Positions 14,021 through 28,530 are shown, counted from the first letter of the stretch. The stretch is DNA of 64,000 nt from Octopus sinensis (GCF_006345805.1 NC_043000.1:35836001-35900000); one strand, 5' to 3'. Program-made: numbers and translations. The notes: generated from the letters alone by a model not told the origin.

Positions 14021-14439
14021 CTTACCTAAGCATTGGTCAAGTAGAAAAACGATGAGTGATAAAACATTGGATTGTCTTTTGGTACCAAAAAAGTGAAGAA
14101 AGAGAGTAGAGAAGGTTAGGGAAGAGCAAGTAGGAAGAAAGAGAGAGTGCGGAGAAATAAGGGAATGAAGATAGCCAGTAGGTAGTTGACAGAGATGGAC
14201 AGAGGAAGAAATGGAAGGCAGTAAAGAGAGAAAAGCAGCAGATAGGTAGAGAGGTAGATAGAGGGGAGAGGAGGACAGAGAAATAGATAGAAAAGAGAGA
14301 CAGTCTTACGTCATATATTGAATACTGCGTAGGGTACCACTGAGTGGGAACAGAAGTGAGCGTGTGACATTACATTGACTAACAGCCATAACTGTTGCAC
14401 AGAAAGTCAACACACATACATGTATAATGATGAAGGAAA

Positions 14440-15123
14440 TTTATTCCATGCTTCTGCAATTCTGAGTATGAAAAATTGTTTCCGAAAGTCATGGGTGCTG
14501 TGTTATTTTTTGATTTTATAAGCATGTCCGTGAGTGTTTGTCATATGGAATTCAAAAAGGTACCATATGTTGTTGGAAATATGGTGGATAATCTGTGGAG
14601 CTTCAATGTATCCATGCCCGGGAAAGCAAGACGTTCAGAGTATGGTAGATGTCTGACGGCGGATATTCGCTTTGTTGCACATTTCTGAACAGTTTCCAGG
14701 AGATTTATATGCTGAGCAAGAGAGGGTTTCCAGACTAGTGATGCAAATTCCAAGTGTGGACATACCATTGTTGTATACAATTTTAAATAGATAGCTGGAG
14801 AGTGGTTGACAAAGGTTTTACTGAGTGATGTTAACACACCCCTCAGCCTTTTTGACAAAATATGTGGTTTGTCCAATGAAGTTTGTTGTTTACAATAATA
14901 CCCAAATCATATCCACTAGAAGAATTCTTGAGATTGGTGTTGCTGAGGGGGTATGTAAAGGCTGGATTTTTCCTCCCAAAATGCATGGTGACACACTTGT
15001 CTACAGCTAGCTTGAGTTGCCAGTCAGAGGTCCACTGCTGCATTGTATCCAGGTCTGATTGCAGGATAGGAACTGTTCTTTTTATTTCAAGGTACAGCTT
15101 GGTGTCATCCACATATTTCAGCA
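14440..15123 (-). mobile_element. 5'-truncated CR1-like LINE reverse transcriptase remnant
   Basis: KYVDDTKLY...LQSDLDTMQQW...DKC, and YLKLYTTMVCPHLEFASLVWKP...LETVQKCATKRI. Confidence 0.85.
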
Positions 15124-15420
15124 CTGGAAAGTTCCGAAGATGAGGGATTTTCTGGAAAGTACCGAGGATGAGGGATTTCATGGAAAGTCCCGAGGATGAG
15201 GGATTTCCTGGAAAGTTCCGAGGATGAGGATTCCGTGGTAAGTCCCGAGGATGAGGATTTCCTGGAAAGTTCCGAGGATGAGAGACTTCCTGGAAAGTTC
15301 CGAGGTTGAGGGACTTCCTGGAAAGTTCCGAGGATGAGGGATTTCTTGGAAAGTTCCAAGGATGAGGGATTTCTTGGAAAGTTCCGAGAATGAGGTATTT
15401 TCTGGAAAGTTCCGAGGATG
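15124..15420. repeat. 28-bp minisatellite, about 10.5 copies
   Basis: Unit ctggaaagttccgaggatgagggatttc. Confidence 0.95.
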
Positions 15421-16549
15421 GACTAGTATTTCGAATGAGCAATAAATATCAAAGTATTTTACAATGAGCATCAAATATGAAAGATAAAAATAAATCAATT
15501 TTTTCCCTCGTCAAACTTTGCACCTAACAACCTAAATGAGAAAACCGATATGACTGAAAGAATTTTTAAAGGGTTTTTAATTTTTCTGCTGAGGTCAAGC
15601 AGTCACCCATGTCGTCAGTCTTTAGCGACATCAACTACAAATAACTTGAGAGAGAGGAGTGACAGATAGAGAGAGGACAAGAACCTTCACATATTTTCAG
15701 CATTGCAAGATTTCGGAGTTACTTTTGTCAGAATAGAGCTGTCTTCAAGAATCCAAGTAATGCTATGTATTGAAGAGTAGCCGTAGATGCTGGTCATATT
15801 GTTGTTCTTGTTGTTTGCTGCTACAGTTGTTGTTGTTGTCACATACTTTTTATTTCGACGCTACTTTGCTTCAGAAGCTGGCTAGTCATAAATTTCCTTG
15901 GGAATTTTAAGCCCAGCTTCATTACTTTTATTTATTTTTGTTCTTTGTTTTTGCATGTAAATGTGTGTGTGTGTGTGAGTGCCTGTGTGTGTGAGTGTGT
16001 ATGTGAGTGTGTGCGCGTGTGCGTACGTGCGTGCTTACGCGCGCGTGTCTGTGCATGTGTGTGTGGGTATGTGCCTGTGTGAGTGTGTGTGTGTGTGTGT
16101 GTGAGTGTGTATGTGTGTGCGCGCACGCGCGTCCAACTTGCACGCGCGCGCGTGGTGTGTGTGCGTTCGTACGTGCGTGTACGTGTGTGTGTGTGTGTGT
16201 GTGTGCGTGTGCGTACGTGCGTGTGTGTGTGCGCATCCGACGTGCGCGCGTGTGTGTATGCAGTACAGAATTTCGAGGTAGTTCTTGAATTGGAAAACTT
16301 TTTCTCTCCACAAACCTTTTGAAAAAAATGACGAAATTAAAAATGATGAACGAGATATAAACTGATATGAAATTATTTCAAAGAATCGTTTCAATCGTTT
16401 CTGAGAATCTCATTTAGAGATTGTTGTTGTTCAGTTGCTATGTAATAAAATCTATATTCATGGAGATAAACAGCTTGTTTCTTTCTATTTTTTTTTATGT
16501 GCTCCGCATGCCTTTTTGGAACGGAAACAAAGATCTCTGCCTGCCTGCC

Positions 16550-16618
<69 letters not shown>

Positions 16619-16624
16619 GTCTGT

Positions 16625-16676
<52 letters not shown>

Positions 16677-16744
16677 GCATACATACATACATACATACCT
16701 ACATACATACCAACATACATACATACATACATACATCACCTACA

Positions 16745-16784
<40 letters not shown>

Positions 16785-17008
16785 AGAGAGAGAGAGAGAG
16801 CGATTTCTTGATAGATAGACACACACACATATACACACACACCGACACATATGTTAACATACATACATACATACATACATACATGCTACATATATATATA
16901 TAGGGAGAGAGAGAGAGAAGAGAGAGAGAGCGATTGATAGATAGACACACACACATATACACACACACCGACACATATGTTAACATACATACATATATAT
17001 ACATGCAC

Positions 17009-17081
<73 letters not shown>

Positions 17082-18774
17082 AATGCGTCTATGTTTACAG
17101 ACGTAAGAAAATTATATTACGCACACATACATAAATAATGTGTGTGTGTGTGTGACTGTATGTGCGTCAGTAATATTGAAGTCATAGAGAATACTGTAGG
17201 CATAAAAACCTCTCTTGTGACGTAACATAGCAAGGTAATATTTCGTTTGTAATTTGGCAGAACTCCAGAGCCTCTATCCTGTGGAGAAATAACTATATTC
17301 TGTAAAATATCTCCTTACGTATCGAAATGAAGATACAAGACTGACTTATGAGGCAATATTCATGTAAAAGGTTTTGAAAATTAATAGAACATCATTGAGA
17401 AAAAACATACCGACCGCGTCCCTGGACTTTTTGAAGAATCATATTAAGCACGAAAAATTTAATTTAAAAAAGGTACCAATAATCCCTCCAAATGTACAAT
17501 CTGTGATTGTGTTTGACTAAGTCTATCCCGTTGGCCGTTCAATTGATACATGAGCTCAATAATATATATTCACCAGCTGACAGAACACTTGTCTGATAAT
17601 CTCGTATTAAACGTCTTTCTCTTGGGGATTTGAAGACACACAAGTTTGTACACAATGTTCATTGCTATGATTCTGCAGTGGATATAACCGAGAAGAGACA
17701 TTAATTCGATTGTTGTACTAAAAGTTGCCGCCGGTCAATCACTCGCTGGGTTGAAAAATTTTCTTTGTTTCTCATAACAAGTGAGGTAGGTTTGATTGTC
17801 ATTTCTGGCTGGCTGAGCAACCACGCTTAGGTTTCCTTATTGTCTCTATAAGTATTTTGACATCATTCTTCTCTGTAGCGGGGACAGCAGTTAATATAAG
17901 TAAATATAAAACCAAGAAAATGTCATAAAGCATTCCAGCTGCTATTGTTATTTAATCCTAGGTCAGGTCGACCGAGCAAACCTTTGGTGAAATGTAATCT
18001 AGCAATGACCGTTCCGTCTTGCTACAGTTAACTAGGACTACATTATCGAATGGATATTTTCCTTATTCAAAATAGTAGTGTGTGATTTGAGGGAGATTTG
18101 ATTTTTCTTCTAGCAAGTTGAACAACCTTATCAAGGCTCCTGTGTTAATTCATTCGTTAAGTCAATAACCATGGAAAGTCTACGGCTATTTTGAAATCTG
18201 TAAAATGGTTGGATGTTTCTAGAGAATTATGAAATTGCATTTTTTTTAAAACTTTAGTCTTTAGATGAGTTAAAAGTCCACCTGATTGAATTTGCAATTT
18301 AAAGAGACAATACTTCTGAAAGCTTTCGTCCTTGTTATACACTTGCCAACCTCTTCTACTTTGAGAGTTATCGTTTTTCATTTTACGTCAACAAGAAAAC
18401 AATCTTAACTCTGAAACAAAACTAGAGACGTTGGATAATTCCATGCTGTAGAAATAATTTAATAAAACATTATCAAATCTTAATATGTAATGTTGCAACT
18501 TGATTTCAAATAAGAGGGAAAAGTTCATAGAGTAAGACTTGAACCCATATTCGCAGTGAACGATGTTGCTACCGAAATGAGCCTGGATTCTAAACAAATG
18601 GAATATATGAGTAATATAAGCACAGGCGCTGCTCTATGATTAACTGTATTGTTCTTGGTTCGAACCATTACACAGTAACTTGTATAAAATTTTACGATAA
18701 TCTTAAGATGATTAAAGCCTTGAGGGAAATTTGGCAGACAGAAAGAATATGGAAGCCCATCCTGCGTGCATATA

Positions 18775-20048
18775 TTGGGTTGGCAAGAAAGTAATTTCAT
18801 TTCTCGCAAACAGAGTTACGATTTTTAAAAATGAATTTTGTCAATATTATGATTTTTTTCCTTTTGACATTTGATAGCCGTTACTTTTAGCTTACTGTAG
18901 AAGCAAATTGCGCGTAATTTTGTCTACACCTGTTAGTTCAGTGTCAATTTTAAAACATGGAGTGCAAAAACGAACATTCACGCTATGTTTTGCTTTTTTT
19001 TTACTTCCGTAAAGGCAAGAAAGCTGTTGAGGCTCACAAAGACATATGTGAAGTTTATCGTGTTGATTGCTTAATAGAACGCATATGTCAGAAATGGTTT
19101 TCAGAAATTCTGTTCTGGAGATTTTTCCCTCAAAGATAACAAAGTTCTGGTCGACCTACTGAGGTTGATGATGACCGAATCAAAACCACAATTGAATCTG
19201 ATTGTCATATAACTGTGCGAGAGATTGCAGAGGTTAAATGTATCACACACAAGAACTGAAAATCACTTAAAATGTCTTGGAGTCGTTAAGAAGGTCGATA
19301 TTTGGGTTCCACATGAATTGAAAGAGATTCACTTAACACAACGAATCAATATTTGCGTTACCCATCTCAAACAATGAAATCGAACTTTTCTTGAAACGAA
19401 TCACCACTGGTGAGGAAAAATGGATTGTCTAAAATAACATCAATAGAAAACGATCATGGTCCAAGCGTAATGAACCAATACAAACCACATTGAAAGCTGA
19501 ATTGTATGAAAAAAGGTCAAGCTGTCCATTTGGTGGGATTACAAAGGTGTTGTGTATTGTGATCTGCTTCCAAGGAACCAAACGATCAATTCAGATGTTT
19601 ACTGTCAACGACTAATGAAACTGGAGGAATTAATCAAAGAAAGACGGCCAGAATTGGCAAATCGTAAAGGAATCGTGTTTCACCATGACTACACTAAACC
19701 AGACATGTCTTTGCTAACTCGTGAAAAATTATTGGAGCTTGGTTGGGAAGTGATGTCACATCCACCATATAGCCCTGACCTTGCACCATCAGATTACCAT
19801 TTATTTCGAAGTTTGCAAAATTCTTTGAATGGCAAAACTTTCAATAACGATGATGACCTGAAATCGCACTTGCTTCACTTTGTGGCTGATAAGGACCAGA
19901 AGTTCTATGAGCGTAGAATCATGAAGTTGCCAGAAAGATGGTAAAAGAACAAAATGGAAAAGGTATAACTGATTAAAGTTAATTCTTTCTATGAAAAAAT
20001 TTACTTATTTCACGCTAAAAAACCGAAATTACTTTCTTGCCAACCAAA
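18775..20048 (+). mobile_element. Near-full-length mariner (DD34D) transposon, probably mellifera subfamily
   Basis: TIRs TTGGGTTGGCAAGAAAGTAATTTC / GAAATTACTTTCTTGCCAACCAAA, TA on both sides, 1274 bp long. Confidence 0.95.
18957..19976 (+). pseudogene. Mariner transposase pseudogene
   Basis: Motifs WVPHEL, TGEEKW (first catalytic D appears as E), FHHD and YSPDLAPSDYHLF; frameshifts and stops. Confidence 0.92.
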
Positions 20049-20070
20049 TATATATATATATATATATATT

Positions 20071-20274
20071 ATGGAAATGTATTTGCATAGCAAGTGACCT
20101 GATCTGAGACAGTGTGCTGAAACAGAAACATTTGCAGCGTGGAAGGTGTTTATAAGCCATTTAAGAAACACACAAAAACCGTTGGATTCACTTCAACGTT
20201 TGACTTTAATTTGACAAAATATTTTCGTCGCTTTGAGATCGCGACCTGTTCACTGACAAAATTCCTTGCTGCAT
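20071..20274 (-). mobile_element. Non-coding repeat carrying a variant hammerhead fold (same family as 60243-60443)
   Basis: Close similarity to 60243-60443; HHR-like fold at 20210-20260. Confidence 0.7.
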
Positions 20275-20724
20275 ATATATATGCTCGGGCGCAAATCTAT
20301 GGCCTCTCGAAACCGACGGATGCCTACAACTAAATATATGTACACACACACACACACACACACACGCACATCTGTGTGTGATTGTTTTACGTTTATGTCG
20401 CTTAAAGTCAGTGGTGTTTGTTGATATGCCGTACCATATCGGTTCGACAAATGCAGATTAATAAAATAAGTACCCAAGCTAAAACACCTACCTGGGCCGA
20501 GTCGATAAGCTCGTCTACATTCCCCAAGATCTCACCATTTTTCCTTGTTGTAGCGAAATATTTCGAATTAAACGACTTTATTTTATATACAAAGACATCA
20601 AGACAAAAACATTTCAAACAAATGTAGGCGTCTGCAACTGTTTACTACTAAGTTAATTTGAGTTACTTCCCTTAGTGTTACACAAAGCGTGGGCAGCAAC
20701 GTATTGTTGAATTTATAAAGTAAA

Positions 20725-20920
20725 GCAGCGAGCTAGAAGAATCGTTAACATGCCTTACAAGACGCTTAGCGGCATTTCGTCCGTCTTTACGGTCTGAGTT
20801 CAAATTGCCTTTCATTCTTTTGAGGTCGACAAAATAAGTAGCAGTTTAGCACTGGGATCAATTTGATGGACTTGGCCCCTCCCTCAAAACTGTTGGCCTT
20901 GTGCCAAAATTTGAAGCCAT
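20725..20920 (+). mobile_element. Family B SINE
   Basis: gcagcgagctag...gagttcaaatt.gcctttcattcttttgaggtcgacaaaataag. Confidence 0.7.
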
Positions 20921-22784
20921 TATGTACATTAAAGTTATAAAGACTGGAATAATCCAATCTATTGGGTTACAATTGTGCTGGAAATAATCTGTGAAAGCTG
21001 AACATAGCGTTACCATCTCATTACTTGTTGTTTAACCTCAGGCTGGCCCTTATTGGTCGGATCTATAGTCAAAAGCCTTCCAGCTCAGTTGTGGTCATCC
21101 AGTCTTTTACCTCAGTGCACAGAACAAAAGCACAATATCTAATGTCTTCAGTTTTTAAAGACTACAGGGGTTCATTTGAGGAAGGTCTAAGGGCCGTTTC
21201 TAGCAGATCAAAGGACGAAGCAGGGACTTTCTCGTTTGCTCACGATTTCACAGAAAGAATTGAAACATAAAATAGAACTCGAGGGGCGATAGAGACAGTT
21301 TACCCTAATGTAGATCTAAATAATCGGACAAAGGGTCAATATATCTTAGAATAACTTTATTAAAAATAAAGAAAAGAAAGAATGAGGTGTTGGTAAAGTT
21401 GATGTGCAGAGATGTGTGAGGAATGATAGAATATCTGAAAGAGAACATTTACTGTTAGCTTTGCTCCAGACAGTTTTATGTCTTATTTACAAGCACTGAC
21501 ACTGGCGCACAGATTTCAACGCGTGAGTTATGGTGTCTGCGTGGAGGACAATCGATAAACACGACATGGCATATAAAGACAAGTAGTAATATGATGGGGT
21601 GGGGTGGGGGACTAAATATCATTTCTATATAAAACCCGTTTCGAAAGAGGGCGATATAAACTCATCAAACTGAAATGAGTCTGAAGAAGGGGGAGAAGAG
21701 TGTATTCAGAGAAGCCATGATTGGTGGCAGGAAGTTATCTCCAAACCTGGCTCAAATGCTTTCAACAGAGTGGGCAACGCTAAAGGTAGCCTAGGGCTTA
21801 GTTGTGGTGTTAAACCGGATGATGGATTAAGTGTACCGTACAAGAATAGACCCTTCCATCAGAAGGGCTTCCACGCAGTTTTCGTCGTTGACCAAATTTC
21901 ATTTACAAAACTATGTTTGACTCCCGGATTTGAAAGAAAAAAAATTTGAAGTTTGAGGAGCCATTAGATTCCAGCTTAAACGACTGAGAAGCCCAGGGGG
22001 CATCTGTAGTGCTTTCAATAGTAATATCAATAATTAAAAACTGGTGCTCGGGAGAAGATAATCAGCTTATTTACGTCTCAAATAAAAATCCATGACAGGA
22101 AAAAATGAAAATAAAAATAAATGGCCGCTATGGAAGCGATATCTTATTGCATTTTAAATATTCACATTTCTAGACACCATTAGCACTTGTTTTTTGATAT
22201 TATTCATAATTTTGTGATGGATAAGCGAGTATATTTATTATATTTACATATTTCTTTTTTTCTATAATTGTCACACAATTGAATGTTGGCTCTCAACCAT
22301 TGATGGAGCTAAATATGTGAATGGACAGTTTTATGTATTTGCCGGCGAAAAACCATTCGATGTCTGTAAGTTATTACAAGAAATGACACACTAGTGAGTT
22401 CCATTAAATAACTTAAATGATTTTAGGTCTAAGTGAAAATTTCGCCAAGACGGAATATCTCCGGAACTATTTCAATAAATACCAGACATGAATCATGTTT
22501 AATTTAATCGATTATTGTCTTTCTCTGCAAATTGGCACCGTTGTACCAAAATGGAAGATTCTTACTGTTGTTATATTTGCTGTCCTATAGCGATGGATTA
22601 GCTGAATCGATGGAACAGAAGTGTTCAAGTATTTCCGTTCAGACTGCGCCGAGGCTAACTTTTCCTTTCATCCCCCAGGGGCCGCTAAAATAAAATACCG
22701 CCTCTGGTCTGTTCTGTTGTGTTTAGCCCCAGGTCAGTATTGACATAAGACATATTCAGAAGTAATCCAATCATGATCATCAGG

Positions 22785-22940
22785 CATGGCTGTATGGTTA
22801 AGAAGCTCCTTTGCAACCACGTGATTACGGGTTCAACCTAACTGCACGGCACTTTGGACAAGTGTCTTCTACAAAAGCTTCAGGCAGATCAATGCCTTCA
22901 GCGTGACTTATTTAGACAAATTGTGTGGAAGCCCACCATG
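22785..22940 (+). mobile_element. Family A SINE head
   Basis: ggctgtatggttaagaag...gggttcaa...ctttggacaagtgtcttctac. Confidence 0.6.
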
Positions 22941-22949
22941 TATGACAAC

Positions 22950-23275
22950 AAACGTTTAGGCAAAGCAAGCATCTCAATACCCTAGGCTATTATAGCCCAA
23001 GAAAGTCTATATTGTATTTTTCTATTAATCAGATGGTGTACGCGACTGGCTAGTTTTGTGGAATTACTATTCTCTTTATATCTAAACAAGTTTATATGTG
23101 CATAATATCTTTGTTTAAAATTGTGGTAGATCCAATGTAGTATCTATAGGAGTTATTTACTAAGTTGTGAACGGTGCGTTCGTATGCGACGTTGAATTTT
23201 CTGCATTGGCCTTGCAGCGAGTAGTCTTTCTCAGATCTGAAGTTGCAGCTGTCAGTTCTACGACGTTTAACTGGA
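22950..23275 (-). pseudogene. Penelope-like element GIY-YIG endonuclease remnant
   Basis: CNFRSEKDYSLQGQCRKFNVAY...YYIGST, then LFRYKENSNSTKLAS...LSWAII...CLLCL. Confidence 0.7.
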
Positions 23276-23318
23276 GAGATATATATATATACATACATGT
23301 GTGTGTGTGTGTGTGTGC

Positions 23319-23386
<68 letters not shown>

Positions 23387-23404
23387 TGTATGTGTGTGGA
23401 TGTA

Positions 23405-24430
23405 TGCATAAAATATAAAGAGTATAAAATATTTTTATACACAGAGGAGACCCTTGACAGGACGCCTTACATGCTAGAAAGGGCAGTTAAAATCCAAACC
23501 ACGAAAAAGGAATTCACGAGGCACAACACCAGAACGAACAAAAGATGAATTAGTTAATGCCGAACTCGAGTCTCTCTATTAATTGCCAGATAAACTAATT
23601 TGGAATCTGCAGATCATCCTTGACATCGTTAATTAATGAATAATTATGCAGTTACAAATACGTACCGAAAACCCGCGCGCAAGATAGCTGCATCTTTATC
23701 CATCATGGATTCGAACATAGTGCGATAGCGTAAGCTGTAAATAAACAAATTTAAAACTGTGTCGTAAGCTGACCAAAGCCTTGTGAGTGGATTTGGTAAA
23801 CGGAAACTGAAAGAAACCCATCGTATATATGCGCGTATATATATATATATGTATGTATGTATGTGTGTGTATATATGTTTGTGTGTCTGTGTTTGTCCCC
23901 ACCACCAACATCGCTTGACAGCCGATGCTGGTGTGTTTACGTCCCTGCAACTTAGCGGTTCGGCGAAAGAGACCGATAAAATAAGTGCCAGGCTTACAAA
24001 GAATAAGTCCTAGGATCGATTTGCTCGACTAAAGGCGGTGCTCCAGCATGGCCACAGTCAAATGACTGAAACAAGTAAAAGAGTAGAGATATAGCCTCAG
24101 CATTATAAATATTACTATCGTAAATATAAGGGTAATAAATTAACATAATTTATTACCAGTGGTTAGTATGCATAAATAAAAGTGATAAGACATAACATAT
24201 CAAAAAAAATATAAGAGTGTATAAAATATTTTTATACAAAGAGTAGACCGAGACCATTGACAGGATTCCTTACATGCTAGAAAGGGCAGTTAAAATCCGA
24301 ACCACGAAAAAAAAAAAAAAAAAAAAAGAATTCGTGAGGCACGCTGTTATTATACCAGAACGAACAAAAAATTAGTTAATCCCGAACTCGAGTCTATTAA
24401 TTGCCAAATAAACTAATTTGGAATCTGTAG
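23405..24430 (+). repeat. Two copies of a ~210-bp repeat (23405-23612 and 24205-24430) flanking a family A SINE (23770-24085)
   Basis: Shared ccttacatgctagaaagggcagttaaaatcc...ataaactaatttggaatctg. Confidence 0.7.
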
Positions 24431-24691
24431 TTCGTTGTGTATGTATATATATATTTATATGTATACCTATATATGCACATATATATGTACATATGTATGT
24501 AAATGTATTTATATGTATGTATATATGTGTGTATATATATATGTATATATATGTATATATATATATATGTGTGTATGTATGTATATATATGTGGTGTGTA
24601 TATATGTATGTATATATATTTATATGTATACCTATATATGCATAATATATACATATGCATATATATATGTTTTATATGTATGTTATATATC

Positions 24692-24726
<35 letters not shown>

Positions 24727-24747
24727 ATATATGTATTTATATGTATG

Positions 24748-24800
<53 letters not shown>

Positions 24801-24898
24801 ATATATGTATTTATATGTATGTATGATATATATATATAATATATATATATATATATAATATATAATATATGTGTTGTATATATGTATTTATATGTATG

Positions 24899-24941
<43 letters not shown>

Positions 24942-24962
24942 ATATATGTATTTATATGTATG

Positions 24963-25005
<43 letters not shown>

Positions 25006-25031
25006 ATACATACATACATATAAATACATAT

Positions 25032-25100
<69 letters not shown>

Positions 25101-25189
25101 ATATATATACCACATATAAATACATATATACCCACACCACACCACATATATATAATAATATATACATACATACATATAAATACATATAT

Positions 25190-25230
<41 letters not shown>

Positions 25231-25287
25231 CATACATATAAATACAAGATTATTTACATAAATATCAGAAAAACATAAAATAATTAT

Positions 25288-25397
<110 letters not shown>

Positions 25398-27705
25398 ATA
25401 TATATATATATTTATATATATATAATATATATATATTTATATATATATATGTATATGTATATATGAATATATATGTACTCTCCGATTCGAAAGAGACTTG
25501 ACTGATTATCCAAGCAAGTTGAGTAATGACATAAATGCTCTCACATTTTTGAATATGTTTGCGTATGTTAGAATTATCTGTAGCAGACGATGAATATTGA
25601 AAAGAAGTGTTTAATAATAATTTTCTCCACAATATATTTCAATAAAATGCCTCAAGCCAAACTTCCTCATCCATGAACAAAGTGGTAAATGATAAGTTTC
25701 CATGACTTATTTTAATTCGTGAAAATAATGTTCACATGACTTCTTGGTTTTTTTTTTTTTTTTTTTTACAAATTTCACACTTATATACCAACAAATAACT
25801 GAACAGAAAATAATATACTTAACGTACAAACAGTAAAGTCGAGAATTTCATTGATTGACGAGTTTTGAAAAATAGCTTTCGATAGAAGGAACTGCATTCA
25901 GTTTACCAAAATAGCTTTATTGCAGAGTCAGTTATTTTCTAACTTAAGGTTTTGGTAGATTTGTCTCGTTTTTTAAGACCTTATTCTATTTTTTTTTTAT
26001 TTCTCAGTCTATTGTCATATTTGCGAGAAAAATATTTGTAGTGTGAATATATGTTTAGAAATGTTGCATGTATCTTATTAGAAGAACTCTTTCAGAGAAG
26101 AAGAATGAATTTAGGAACTATATATTTATTACATAAAAATATATTATAGTCACTGGTTGTCGATGAAACAATCAAAATGTAGAAACTAATTGAATGAAAT
26201 AATCTGTGGAAGAAAGTTCAGAAATGTAGAAATAACAACTAAATAGTGGTTTTTAGTAATGTGGCATAGAGAAATAAATGGACATGGCAACGACGTGAAT
26301 GGCTTTGAGTCTAATCGACAAAGAAGCAAAGAGCAGGGCAAGCAAACTGCTGTTATTAATGGAACGTTAGACATTCTAGAAACTTCCAAGAGAAACTCGA
26401 AGCTTCTTGAATAATTAAGAATTACTTCTCATGAAATATAATCTCCCGAGAAACTTACTAAAGGGAGATTACTCTATAACACTTCTTGCAAGACTATATC
26501 ATTCAACTATTCTAACTACAGACGACATACTACTACATATTCATGGCCATAAACAAACAAAAAATGGTTAAGAATAAAACACAAGCCTCAGCTGTCCTTA
26601 TGTTGCGTCCGTGAATTAAATGAATAATTTGTATACATTCACTGGTTTTGATTTCGTTTCTCCAAAGAAATTACTTGAAAAATCATAGACCACATATTTG
26701 TGACATAAGAAAATTATGACGTCATAATTGAAATATATTGAAATTTTCAAACGAAATTCAAAGTAAAGGTACAAAATATCGAATATAATATTTTGTGTGC
26801 TGAAAACTTATGATTAAAACATCATCATATCACTGTCTTCAAATTCTATAAAATGGTGCGTTTCATGAAGTCATTGAAATAGTGTGCGATGCACAGAAAA
26901 GCTCAGCACTTATAATATAGATTAGACGTCACATTTGTTCTACAAAAGAACTCACATTGTTAGTATCTTTTTTTTTATGTACATAAAACACGCATACCAC
27001 TCTCCTTCTCTCTCTCCCTATCTTCTTCCCTCTTTTTCTCTGGCAATACTCAATGATTGTTAATTTAGCTTTCTCCAATTGGAAGGTTCTTTAACACGAA
27101 AATGGCTGTTTTCGTAACTAAATCTATAATATTGCATAAATAATACATTGACTATTATCTAATATACGAATGCCTGTATTTTTCTAACTTCTGAAAATAT
27201 ATTGGACAATTACGTTTATATATATATAAGTTTTAGACACTTTGATTACATCCATTTGCTTACAATCATCTGTGTATTAGACATATATAAATATAAACAC
27301 AAACACACACACACAACATACGTATATATACGTATATATATATATAGATATATATATATATATATATATATCTATATATATATACATTTACATAATATAA
27401 TACACCCCATATATATGTGTATATATATCATATATATTACAAACAGATTATATATATGCATATAATATATATATATATATATATATACATGTATATATAT
27501 ATTGGTGTGTATTATATATATATGTGTCTGTATATATATATATGTGTGGGTGTGTGTGTATATATATATGTATATTGTGTATGTATATATATATATGTAT
27601 GTATACCACACACACACATATATATATGTACATACCTACACAATACATACATACATACAAACATACATACATACATACATACATACATACATACATACAT
27701 ACATA

Positions 27706-27742
<37 letters not shown>

Positions 27743-27839
27743 TATATATATAAGACGCTTGGTAAGTGCGCCCTCAACCTTGAGTCACCAGTGTTATTTC
27801 TCTGCTAAAGCGGCAACTACAACAAGAACAATAATTCTT

Positions 27840-27980
27840 TTTAACTTCGGAGCAAAGCCAGCAAGATTAGAGGAGGGGGTTAGTCGATTACATCGACCCC
27901 TTGTGCTCAACTGGTTTATATTTTATCGGCTCTGAAAAGATGAAAGGCAAAGTCGACCTCGGCAAAATTTGAACTCAGAA
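27840..27980 (-). mobile_element. Family B SINE fragment
   Basis: gatgaaaggcaaagtcgacctcggcaaaatttgaactcagaa. Confidence 0.7.
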
Positions 27981-28245
27981 TAATAATACACACGCATACA
28001 AACACGCACACATACGCCCACGCACATACACGCACATGCATATATATCCACACATGTTATACTCATTAGCATACACACTCAGATATACACATATACATAG
28101 AAACTACTTCAATACAGAAGTATGACAAATTGCTATACACACATTCACATAAACTGTATATATGCTGTGCGTGTGTGTGTGTGCATGTGTGCTTGTGTTG
28201 TGTGCGCGTGTATGTATGTCTAGTGTGTTTTTTATGTATATATAC

Positions 28246-28278
<33 letters not shown>

Positions 28279-28467
28279 TGTATGTATGTATATATATACA
28301 TACATATCACGTTGTGTATATCATAAATATGTAGATATATCTGTATATCTATATACATACAAATGCACATACATATTATTAAACATATATGCGCATATAC
28401 ATTCATGCATACATACCTCTATACATCTATACACACACACAAGCACACACACACATATATGCATAAT

Positions 28468-28498
<31 letters not shown>

Positions 28499-28530
28499 GT
28501 ACATGATTATATGTATATACCAATGCATGC

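Noticed and set aside
15124-15420. CRISPR-like array
   Set aside because: Repeats are contiguous with no unique spacers, and the context is eukaryotic
14843-15498. Repetitive ORFs (HPRNFPG...) fused to RT sequence
   Set aside because: Read-through of the 28-bp minisatellite into a dead LINE
16780-17000. Short local duplication; similar ones at 12670-12755 and 24435-24640
   Set aside because: Ordinary slippage within microsatellite fields
21635-21670. TTGATGAG...CGAAAC on the minus strand
   Set aside because: Core mismatch, no stem II and no cleavage triplet
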